A stretch of 64,000 nucleotides of DNA from NCBI GenBank assembly GCA_002269645.1, contig NIVC01000468.1, positions 1 to 64,000 of the forward strand, written 5' to 3'. This DNA comes from Macrostomum lignano. Its lineage: Eukaryota. The translations under genes were made by a program, and so were the position numbers. Of the stretch, positions 35,700 to 46,384 are shown one piece after another. Within the stretch, counting starts at the first letter, position 1; each line of letters starts with the position of its first letter. Under the pieces are notes generated by a model. The model saw nothing but the letters and a program-made list of their open reading frames with translations, made no database searches and was not told where the DNA came from.

Positions 35700-36934
35700 C
35701 ACTCAGCGCAACATTGAAAAGTGTCCACCCTAGCGCGCAAAGGGTCAACGTTTTGGTGGGTGGAGATATTCGTGGTTTGATCGCCATAGACAAATATATA
35801 ATCCGGATTCGAACGAAGCAAAGGAACAGCAAAGAAACAAAGTACACGAGCATGGGTGACAACTTGCCCAGAACAGGGTCAGTAACGCGTATAGCAGCCA
35901 CGTGCGTGCAGCAGAGCGCTCACTCTCCGGGGCATCCCCAGAGAACCAGGCGTCGCAGAAAATCTTGCGGTAGTATAGTTGTTGCCAATTGCCATGCAGT
36001 AGACAGTGATTCGCGCAGTTAGGATTGCTGTGTGCGACCGCCCAATTTGGCGAGCAACAGCTCGGATGGACATCCCAGCGTCCAGCATGCCAATGGCGTG
36101 CGCTCGTTCGATCCATCCAGGTCGGTCATTTGGCAAACCATTGCGTTCGGTTGCGAACGTAGATTTTAGACTCCTGTAAGCTGCTGCTGTCTGCTCCATG
36201 CAAAGAGTATTGAGGTCGCCTAGTATAGAGTGCCAATAAGGATGAAAATCTGAAGCCGATTTTTAGAATCCACCCACCCCCTCCGGTCACCAAGCTTTTT
36301 AGTCTATGACACAAGTTGTGGCTAGAATGGTGTCAAAGCCGATGCTTAAGATTCATACAGATGCATCAGAAACGCAGTTTTTGCAATTAGCTACCGCGCA
36401 CTTTAGTGGCAAGGCTGTTGTTATTCAGACGTAAGGGCTATATGGCATGGCTGTTACGGAGTTGTGTATCGACGACGGCAACTGAGTCTGGTGACTGAGC
36501 GATGTTGTCTTGCTTATTTGATACATGCATTTTCTAAGTGTGAAATATCTTATATTTCTGAGCATCGGCTTTGTACACCATTCTAGCCACAACTTGTGCC
36601 ATAGACTAAAAAGCTTGGTGACCGGAGGGGGTGGGTGGATTCTAAAAATCGGCTTCAGATTTTCGTCCTTATTGGCACTCTATACTATGGCGACCTCAAT
36701 ACTCTTTGGCTCCATGTGACACTGTTTCCTTCGACCTGTCTGGCGTCTATGACCCAAGTTTTTGTCTATGGCCCAAGTGCGTGTTGACGAAATTATCAAA
36801 CGTCTATGGCACAAGTGCGTGTTGACGAAATTATCAAATCGTCTATGCAAGTCTGCTGGCGACAAAAACCAGTTTTGAAACTCTAAATATACGCGGCTGG
36901 CGCGAGGGTGGAAACTTTTCGATGTTGCTGAGTG
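35700..36934 (-). mobile_element. Internally deleted Tc1-like element, TA TSD, retaining the transposase N-terminal HTH
   Basis: TA|CACTCAGCGCAACATTGAAAAGTGTCCACCC vs reverse complement of the right end, CACTCAGCAACATCGAAAAGTTTCCACCC, with TA outside. Minus-strand ERAHAIGMLDAGMSIRAVARQIGRSHTAI is a Tc1 paired-like HTH; no DDE domain remains. Confidence 0.88.
36201..36708. mobile_element. MITE with ~150-bp TIRs and perfect 8-bp TSD GCTCCATG, nested in the Tc1 element
   Basis: CAAAGAGTATTGAGGTCGCC...CACAAGTTGTGGCTAGAATGG is mirrored at ~36555-36708. GCTCCATG at 36193-36200 and 36709-36716. Confidence 0.92.
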
Positions 36935-38395
36935 TATATTGAAGTGCCGAGGAGCCCAAATGGAGAGAAAGAGCAATTTACGAACGCCATTTGGTACTCG
37001 TTGGTTTACGACACAATAACCAACAACGCGTTATGAGCTTTATTATGTATGACACACAGGTGTGCATGAGAATCGCTGGTCGCTACACGGTTGATAAATT
37101 TGTATTATCAGCATTCTTTCAACCTGAATAAGGAGCGCCCTACTTATATTGCTATGACCATTTTATTACGATGTGTTTACTGAATACTGTTTCTTAAAGA
37201 TTCAACGGTATTAAAAACTAGATTAAATTATCGCTACGAAAAAACAAACTTTTAAAGACTACAATCAGCAGTAATGCTACAAAAACTTTTTTAACTAAAT
37301 TGTGAAACAAAATTTGTATCTTAAGTTTATTTAAATATTACCATATCTTTTGAGAATGACAGCTCAAAAACATACTTCTTTTTTAAGTTGAGGAAATAAT
37401 GAAAATTTTCGACATGAATAATCACTTATCACTCACTATCGAATGGCGACAATACATGTATATAGATAATTTCGGAAATCTGATTAAGGCTTCTTTCCTA
37501 TAGGCTGTAATATAAAAGTTTACCTTTGCGAATTTGAAAGATGGGCGTAAGAAATTACAATAGTTTTTTCAATATATATATTTCTGTGCACTATATCTAA
37601 ACTGCTGTGCTTAGTATAGTAACTACAGTAATTAAGGTTTCGATGTTGTGCCTCACGTGGCCCTGCTATTTTATAATAATTGTCATAACCAATCAAAGAA
37701 TTCATTAATTGAATACAGCAGCCGTACTACTGCTATCTACGATTAGCTTATGTTCACAGAGTCAAATCGCTTTAGTCTAATCTCATGGACTAAGACAAGA
37801 GCAGACATTTGCGTTTTTTTAGTTAAATGGCTTATTAGTTAAATTTTCATTCCAACATCTAGCCTAGCCCTCAACAGTGAACACCCAAGAACCTCTGAGA
37901 AAATGCAAATACAGAGGGTTTAAACTTACAGAGGGTGAGAGGGTGTCTTGATCATGAATAGTATAGCTACACCTAAACTAAATTTGATGACTTGATTTAT
38001 CTCTAGTGTAGTGTGATTATTTTAGTTCAAATATTTTTTCCTTTTTGTTCTAAACACAAGATATCTTAGTTATTAATGTCCTAAGTAGTCTACTTAAAGG
38101 GAGTCAGATAAAAGTGCCACCTGGGCTTATATTTTGTAAAAAAATTATATATTTATCTATATTTAAATTATAATTTTTTCTAGTTCTTCTCTAGATGGCA
38201 ATGTAAATACCAAATAGATAGCTAGTCTTTTCTCCTAATTGTATCTAATCTATATTAGCATATCTTTTATAGTAAGATTAGGCCTGGCCTATAAAGAATG
38301 TTTTTGTTTTTTATTTTGTTATTTTGTTATTTTGATTTTAATTTAATTTGAATATATATTTTTATATTTTATTTTAAAATATAGATCTATATGAC

Positions 38396-38766
38396 CCATA
38401 GTTAGGAAAGTGGCACAATGTGCGCCAGAATAAATTTTTTGGGACAATCTGTGCGCCGTCTATGCGCCATTTATGTGCCAACTATGTGCCATATCTGTGC
38501 CTTTATATTATGTATTTTACATAATTTACAAAATTCTTAGAATTCATGCAGACTCAAAATGCTATGCCAGTTTTATGCTAATAAAGATTCAATTCTGATT
38601 CCTTATGCACCAAAGTTGTGCACAGCACCGCATATGTCAGGGACCTTATGCGCCACAATTATGCATCACATGCGCTAGGGACCTCAGTGTGCACCATGAT
38701 TGTGCGCCAAGGACCCCTTGTGTGCGCTGGAATTTTCCATGGTGAAGGCCACCTTCCTGACTATGG
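38396..38766. mobile_element. hAT-like MITE with TGTGCGCC subterminal repeats and 8-bp TSD
   Basis: CCATAGTTAGGAAAGTGGC vs reverse complement of the right end, CCATAGTCAGGAAGGTGGC: 17/19. TSD TATATGAC / TGTATGAC: 7/8. Confidence 0.8.
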
Positions 38767-39208
38767 TGTATGACTATATCATTAAATATCATCTAGCTTA
38801 TATATATACTTAGCAACAGTCAAAAGCTCCACTTGTACAAATCATGTCTAGTTAGGGAGAAAACTGCTTATTTAAAATGCAAATAAAAATGAGTAAGAAT
38901 ATCATTGCTTGGTAGATGGAACTTTTCCTGTTTTGGGGTATATAGGCATTTATGTTAGTTCTCTATTAACCTTTAGTCTATTAAGCTTATGTCTTTGACT
39001 TTGTACATTAGTTTAAGCTATACTATACTTATAAGTTGTGTTAATGAAAATCTTGAGTTATTTTATATATTGTAGATTGAAAAATCACTAATTTAGCTTG
39101 TTATTTTTTAAATATAAAAATGAAAATATTTAAATTTATAATACTTCTTTATTTATTGCTTGTTATAAATTTCTATTTTTATAATCAATATTGTTTAATG
39201 CATGAGAA

Positions 39209-39283
39209 ATGCTCTTTGCAGTAACAGGATTTCTAATAGTTGCTGTAACCAGTGTATTGAGTGACCAACTTGAAGTCCATTTA
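39209..39283 (+). CDS. RNF13: RNF13/RNF167-like exon 1 (signal peptide MLFAVTGFLIVAVTSVLSDQLEVHL)
   Basis: Hydrophobic N-terminus; 75 nt; donor TTA|GTAAGT, phase 0 into exon 2. Confidence 0.7.
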
Positions 39284-39376
39284 GTAAGTGGAATTTTGTG
39301 CTATTTTTTAGTTTATATTTATTTCATTGCTAATATAGAAAGTGTACTTTAATAAATTGGCTCACTTTTATTTTAG

Positions 39377-39466
39377 ACTGACCACAAGACAAATGTGACA
39401 GACACAAAATTCTGTTCTGCTGAGACTGCCAGCTTTGGCTCCTCCTATCTGTTTTGGTCTATGCAG
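39377..39466 (+). CDS. RNF13: RNF13-like exon 2 (TDHKTNVTDTKFCSAETASFGSSYLFWSMQ)
   Basis: TTTTAG| acceptor, CAG|GTAATG donor, 90 nt. ASFG aligns with the xPAxFG motif that precedes PA domains. Confidence 0.75.
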
Positions 39467-39581
39467 GTAATGATTCTATTTTAAAGTTGCTTATTTAAAC
39501 CAATCGATCTTACTTTAGATGCTAATTATGTTTCTTTGGGTTAAATATGATGTTTTAATTGTCCATACAAACAAAATCCAG

Positions 39582-39807
39582 GGCATTGTTGTGAACACGT
39601 CTCCCATGAATGCCTGCCATTCTGTGCAGCCGCCGCCTCACCTGCGCAACGATTCGTTGGCCTGGATTGCCCTGGTAACCAGGGACTCCAGCCTCTCCAC
39701 TGGTTGCCCATTCGATGTAAAAGTGCTCAATGCCCAAACAGCTGGCTATAATGCTGTGCTGGTGCAGAATTATAAGGACAACTTGATCATCATGCAGTCA
39801 TCTAGAT
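39582..39807 (+). CDS. RNF13: RNF13-like exon 3, PA domain (GIVVNTSPMNACHSVQPPP...IALVTR...CPFDVKVLNAQTAGYNAVLVQN)
   Basis: PA-domain motifs C-x-F-x-x-KV-x-NAQ-x-AGY. Donor T|GTAAGG. Confidence 0.9.
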
Positions 39808-39839
39808 GTAAGGCTTATTCTGGGGTATGAGATTTCAGA

Positions 39840-40195
39840 ATCTGGGATTGGGGATCTGAGAGTTGAGGATATGGGAATTAAGGATATAGGAGTTATGGGT
39901 CTGGAAGTTGGTTATCTGGGAGTTGGGGATCTGGGAGTTGGGGATCTGAGAGTTGGGGATCTGGGAGTTGGGGATCTGAGAGTTGGGGATCTGGTAGTTG
40001 GGGATCTGGGAGTTGGGGATCTGAGAGTTGGAGATCTGGGAGTTGGGGATCTGTGAGTTGGGAATCTGGGAGTTGGGGATCTGGGAGTTGGGGATCTGAG
40101 AGTTGGAGATCTGGGAGTTGGGGATCTGGGAGTTGGGGATCTGGTAGTTGAGGATCTGTGAGTTGGGGATCTGGGAGTTGGGGATTTGGGAGTCG
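39840..40195 (+). repeat. 15-bp G-rich minisatellite (GAGTTGGGGATCTGG)
   Basis: Direct reading; fills RNF13 intron 3. Confidence 0.96.
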
Positions 40196-40253
40196 GTAAT
40201 CGTTAAGCCCGATTCATTCATTCATAAGCCCGAATCGTTACGCCCAATTTCAG

Positions 40254-40453
40254 TCGGCAGCCGGGTGCACATTCCAGCGGCCATGGTGACCCTCGCCTGC
40301 GGCACGGTGCTCGGTGAGCGCTTCTCCTACTCCGTAGCCGCTGAGCGCTACAGCCTCAACTTTGAAGTGCCGTTCCCGTTCGACTTTCACGTCTACGTGA
40401 TCTCATTTGCTGTCATTATTGGAGTCTGCCTCCTGCTGTCACTGTTGGTCTGG
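40254..40453 (+). CDS. RNF13: RNF13-like exon 4 (end of PA domain plus transmembrane helix YVISFAVIIGVCLLLSLLVW)
   Basis: Acceptor TTTCAG|TC phase 1; IPAAMV motif; hydrophobic TM; donor TGG|GTGAGT. Confidence 0.9.
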
Positions 40454-40704
40454 GTGAGTCAGGCGGAATCGAACCCCTGTTCATCCTGTCACAACAATTT
40501 GTAGAAGCCAACCTCATATTTTAGCAATTACTGTACCGGTAAAAAACAAAATGCAGTTTTGCAACTTAATTTCATGTTGAATAAAAATCTTAAGTAGTCA
40601 TAACATGCGAGCCTCATACTATCTCATATCTCATCTGATCTCAGATATGAATCATAAATATTGGTTAATTAGATCATAATTGAATATTGCTCCTAATCTC
40701 AAAA

Positions 40705-41395
40705 TTATATCCATTGCTTATTCAGACAAATCCATTGCTTATTCAGTGCAGTCATATCCATTGCTTATTCAGACAAATCCATTGCTTATTCAGACAAATC
40801 CATTGCTTATTCAGTGCAATCATATCCATTGCTTATTCAGTGCAATCATATCCATTGCTTATTCAGACAAATCCATTGCTTATTCAGTGCAATCATATCC
40901 ATTGCTTATTCAGTGCAATCATATCCATTGCTTATTCAGGCATATCCATTGCTTATTCAGGCATATCCATTGCTTATTCAGACATATCCATTGCTTATTC
41001 AGACATATCCATTGCTTATTCAGACTAATCCATTGCTTATTCAGTGCAGTCATATCCATTGCTTATTCAGGCATATCCATTGCTTATTCAGGCATATCCA
41101 TTGCTTATTCAGACATATCCATTGCTTATTCAGACAAATCCATTGCTTATTCAGACAAATCCATTGCTTATTCAGACAAATCCATTGCTTATTCAGGCAT
41201 ATCCATTGCTTATTCAGGCATATCCATTGCTTATTTAGACAAATCCATTGCTCATTCAGTCCTATATATTGCTCATTCGGTCATACCATTTGCCTGTTGC
41301 TCATTCGGTCATACAATTTGCCTGTTGCTCATTCGGTCATACCAATTGCCTGTTGCTCATTTGGTCATACGAATTGCCTGTTGCTCATTCGGTCA
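40705..41395 (+). repeat. ATCCATTGCTTATTCAG-core minisatellite grading into TGCCTGTTGCTCATTCGGTCAT units
   Basis: Direct reading; the array runs up to ~20 nt before the exon 5 acceptor. Confidence 0.94.
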
Positions 41396-41416
41396 TTACA
41401 CTCCTGTGCATCGCAG

Positions 41417-41510
41417 GGCATCAAATTCTATCGCGACTGGAGGCACAGCCGAAGGAACCGATTGCCCAGGTCCAGCCTGAAGAAGCTGACGGTTAAAAAG
41501 TTTGAAAAAG
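41417..41510 (+). CDS. RNF13: RNF13-like exon 5 (GIKFYRDWRHSRRNRLPRSSLKKLTVKKFEK)
   Basis: The juxtamembrane RRNRL...LKKLxVKKF motif of RNF13/167; phases consistent. Confidence 0.9.
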
Positions 41511-41590
41511 GTGCTCTGTTGTGTAAAAACCGCAGGTGTATTTTCATCCTCATCACTTATCCTAAATATGCTGCTCGATTCCCATGACAG

Positions 41591-41674
41591 GCAAAGACTT
41601 GTACGACTGCTGCGCCATCTGCCTCGAAGACTTCGTGCCCGGCGAGAAGCTTCGGATTCTGCCTTGCAATCACG
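41591..41674 (+). CDS. RNF13: RNF13-like exon 6 (RING-H2 N-half YDCCAICLEDFVPGEKLRILPCNH)
   Basis: CAICLEDF...LRILPCxH; GACAG|GC acceptor, G|GTGAGC donor. Confidence 0.95.
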
Positions 41675-41744
41675 GTGAGCGTTTCGAGGAGCCTCTCTGA
41701 CTACCATGCTTCTTGGAGTTCAGTCGCAATCATTACGGGTCGTT

Positions 41745-43500
41745 CAGTCACTATGACAATTTTAAGTCACCTATGACCATTTCGTCACCATGACCATTGA
41801 GTCACTATGACCATTCAGTCAGTATGATCACTCAGTCACTATGACCACTCAGTCACTATGACCACTCAGTCACTATGACCACTCAGTCACTATGACCACT
41901 CAGTCACTATGACCACTCAGTCACTATGACCACTCAGTCACTATGACCACTCAGTCACTATGACCACTCAGTCACTATGACCACTCAGTCACTATGACCA
42001 CTCAATCACTATGACCACTCAGTCACTATGATCACTCAGTCACTATGACCACTCAATCACCATGACCACTCAGTCACTATGACCACTCAGTCGCTATGAC
42101 CACTTAGTCACTATGACCACTCAGTCACTATGATCACTCAGTCACTATGATCACTCAGTCACCATGGTCACTCAGTCACTATGACCACTCAGTCACTATG
42201 ACCACTCAGTCACTATGACCACTCAATCACTATGATAACTCAGTCACTATGACCACTCAATCACTATGATAACTCAGTCACTATGACCACTCAGTCACTG
42301 TGACCACTCAGTCACTATGACCACTCAGTCACTATGACCACTCAGTCACTATGACCACTCAGTCACTATGACCACTCAATCACTATGACCACTCAGTCAC
42401 TATGATCACTCAGTCACCATGGTCACTCAGTCACTATGACCACTCAGTCACTATGACCACTCAGTCACTATGATCACTCAGTCACCATGACCACTCAGTC
42501 ACTATGACCACTCAGTCACTATGATCACTCAGTCACTATGACCACTCAGTCACTATGACCACTCAGTCACTATGACCACTCAGTCACTATGACCACTCAG
42601 TCACTATGACCACTCAGTCACTATGACCACTCAGTCACTATGACCACTCAGTCACTATGACCACTCAGTCACTATGACCACTCAATCACTATGATAACTC
42701 AGTCACTATGACCACTCAGTCACTATGACCACTCAGTCACTATGACCACTCAGTCACTATGACCACTCAGTCACTATGACCACTCAGTCACTATGACCAC
42801 TCAGTCACTATGACCACTCAATCACTATGATAACTCAGTCACTATGACCACTCAGTCACTATGACCACTCAGTCACTATGACCACTCAGTCACTATGACC
42901 ACTCAGTCACTATGACCACTCAATCACTATGACCACTCAGTCACTATGATCACTCAGTCACTATGACCACTCAATCACCATGACCACTCAGTCACTATGA
43001 CCACTCAGTCACTATGACCACTTAGTCACTATGACCACTCAGTCACTATGATCACTCAGTCACTATGACCACTCAGTCACTATGACCACTCAGTCACTAT
43101 GACCACTCAGTCACTATGACCACTCAGTCACTATGACCACTCAGTCACTATGACCACTCAGTCACTGTGACCACTCAGTCACTATGACCACTCAGTCACT
43201 ATGACCACTCAGTCACTATGACCACTCAGTCACTATGACCACTCAGTCACTATGACCACTCAGTCACTATGACCACTCAGTCACTATGACCACTCAGTCA
43301 CTGTGACCACTCAGTCACTATGACCACTCAGTCACCATGACCACTCAGTCACTATGACCACTCAGTCACTATGACCACTCAGTCACTATGACCACTCAGT
43401 CACTATGACCACTCAGTCACTATGACCACTCAGTCACTATGACCACTCAGTCACTATGACCACTCAGTCACTATGGCCACTCAGTCACTATGACCACTCA
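41745..43500 (+). repeat. 17-bp minisatellite (ACTCAGTCACTATGACC), ~100 copies, splitting the RING domain
   Basis: Period 17; the unit contains the hairpin-capable GTCActaTGAC. Confidence 0.98.
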
Positions 43501-43526
43501 AATATGAAAACAACCCCTACCCGCAG

Positions 43527-44065
43527 CTTACCACACCAAATGCGTGGACCCGTGGCTGCTGAAAAGCCGCAGCACCTGCCCAGTGTGCAAGCGCCGGGTT
43601 TTTCCCGGCTCAGCCGACTCCGAAGGCGAAGACGACGATCGCGAAGGCCCCGGCTTGGCGAACGACGGCGCCGGCCCGTCGTCGGCTTCATCTGGAGCGG
43701 CGCCCGATCTGCCGACAGATCTGGACGCCGAGTCTCAGCGGTCGGAGCAGCGCCCGCCGCCTTCCCCGTCGCAGTCGTCGTCCACCTCGCTGCTGACGGC
43801 CATGCAGGACGAGCGGACGCCGCTGTTGAATCCGCAGCAGCTGGAGGAGTCAGCGACTCTGCTGGACCCGGCTGATTCTGCGCCTGCTCCTCCTGATTCT
43901 GGCGACGGCCGCGTTGGCACCTTTGACAATGCCGCTCTCGACAGCGACAATCAGCTGGACGCCGCCGATGAGACCGCCGCGTCTTCCTCGAGTGTCAGCG
44001 TTCGCGTCGTCGTGCACAGCGGCGGCCCGCCGCCAGCAGAGGAGCTTCGGCAGCCCGAAGTTTAA
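43527..44065 (+). CDS. RNF13: RNF13-like exon 7 (AYHTKCVDPWLLKSRSTCPVCKRRV plus acidic tail with ERTPLL motif)
   Basis: RING-H2 C-half; DERTPLL resembles the dileucine sorting motif of RNF13/167; stop TAA at 44065. Confidence 0.94.
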
Positions 44066-44248
44066 CTAAAGAAATAAACAGATTTTCTGTGACCAATTTC
44101 TGTGAAGCTGAATGAAAACAAAGACAGGAATTTGAATCGGATTTTAATGGAAGAAAGAATTCAGTTTGATGAAGAGTTGCATGGATGAATTTTCACTCCT
44201 GTTGTAAATTAGTTAGAGTTATGAAGTTGGCTAAAACTTGTGTGAAGA

Positions 44249-44922
44249 CGGGATGGAAATCCTAGGGACTTGTGGGGATTAATCTGTTTAATATCGGGAT
44301 GGAAATCCTAGGGATTTGTGGGGATTAATCTGTTCAATATTGGGATGGAAATCCTAGGGATCTGTGGGGATTAATCTGTTCAATATCGGGATGGAAATCC
44401 TAGGGATTTGTGGGGATTAATCTGTTCAATATCGGGATGGAAATCCTAGGGATTTGTGGGGATTAATCTGTTCAATATCGGGATGGAAATCCTAGGGATT
44501 TGTGGGGATTAATCTGTTCAATATCGGGATGGAAATCCTAGGGATTTGTGGGGATTAATCTGTTCAATATCGGGATGGAAATCCTGGGGATTTGTGGAGA
44601 TTAATCTGTTCAATATTGGGATGGAAATCCTAGGGATTTGTGGGGATTAATCTGTTCAATATTGGGATGGAAATCCTAGGGATTTGTGGGGATTAATCTG
44701 TTCAATATTGGGATGGAAATCCTAGGGATTTGTGGGGATTAATCTGTTCAATATTGGGATGGAAATCCTAGGGATTTGTGGGGATTAATCTGTTCAATAT
44801 TGGGATGGAAATCCTAGGGATTTGTGGAGATTAATCTGTTCAATATTGGGATCGAAATCCTAGGGATTTGTGGAGATTAATCTGTTCAATATTGGGATGG
44901 AAATTCTAGGGATTTGTGGGGA
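44249..44922 (+). repeat. 46-bp minisatellite, ~15 copies (GGGATGGAAATCCTAGGGATTTGTGGGGATTAATCTGTTCAATATC)
   Basis: Period 46 (44401 vs 44447). Confidence 0.97.
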
Positions 44923-45449
44923 TAAAGTCCCAACTAATGAGGATGGACAGCGTAAAAAATATTATGTAATGTTAAGATTTAAAATTCAAAGTAATTGAGT
45001 TCGTGAAACTCCATTTCTGACTGTATTAATAAACAATTCTATCAAGATTTCCACCTTCCAACTGTGAATCTGTCAAAGTTTCTACAAAATAGTTGAGACA
45101 GCTCGGAACTTTCAAAAACTTCATCATTGAAGCCACTACAAATGTAATTATTTTTTCATTGGCATTCCGCCCCTTACTTATTTGGCATTGAATGGCGCAT
45201 GCGGAGCGCTGGTGGCTGTGCCTGTGTCAGAGTTTGCTGTTGACCCAGATCTATTTATTTATTATTATTAATATTTTTATTGGGTGATGCCTGCTATGAA
45301 TTAGATTTTTTATCAATTCATCTTTGCCGTTTTCAGCACTATTTTGATTTGTATATATGTGGAATAGACTGAACAGTCTACTTATAGTAGCCTTCGCTGC
45401 GTTTCTATTGCTCATTCTGTTTGTTACTCATGGCGCGAAACTCAAACAC

Positions 45450-45835
45450 ACCCTCTCCCTCTCCCTCCCCCTCTCCTCTCCCTCCCTTCTCCCTCTCCTC
45501 TCCTCCCTTCTCCCTCCCTTCTCCCTCTCCTCTCCATTCTCCCTCTCCCTTCTCCCTCTCCTCTCCCTTCTTCTCCCTCTCCTCTCCCTCCCTTCTTCCT
45601 CTCCCTCTCCCTACCTCTCCCTCTCCTTCCTCTCCCTCTCCCTACCTCTCCCTCTTCTCCCTTCTCCCTCTCTCCTTGTCCCCCTTCTTTACCCCTCTCT
45701 CTTCCTATTCACTCTCTTGCCTCTCCCTTACTCTCGGCTCCCCTCTCCCCTCTCCTCCCCTCTCCCTCTCCCTCTTCCCATCTCTCCCCTGTTTCTCAGT
45801 CTCCACCTCCCTCTCAGTCTCCCCGCCGCTCTCAG
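45450..45835 (+). repeat. CT-rich low-complexity tract
   Basis: Direct reading of the sequence. Confidence 0.93.
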
Positions 45836-46384
45836 CTCAGCAGTGTCGCAGTCGCACTAGACGAAGGTGCTTGCCCCGTATTGTCCGTGTACATTGTTTT
45901 CCATCAGAATTGATGAATTTTAAACATGTTTTATTTTTGTATTTGAGTACGATAAAAATATACACTACTTACTATCTTCATATTTGCGATTCAGTTTGTA
46001 CTCTCCGACCTTAACGGAAATGTTTTGCTTCGTTCGTTTTTTTATTGACCTAATTATTTAACTCAATGAGGCACAGCTTCTCGGCTTGAGTTGGTACCGC
46101 TAATGTAGCCAATGTGCGGGTGATACTTTTCATTGCTAATTGCAATTTTTCGACTGATTTACGAGTATTAGGCTTCTGTCTTGCCGAGGATCGCAGCACA
46201 GCTTGCAGCTGGAATGTTAGCTCTAGCGGGTTTTTATAGAGAATTCAGTGTAAAGCCTGAATAATAAGTAGTACGAACGCGTATCTTTACTGCTTTTTAA
46301 TTAGGAAGAAAGCAAGAAATTCCTAAACGACTCATTTTGTTATTTGTTTAGTTTAGCTGAAAAATGTGACACTCGGGATTTTGG

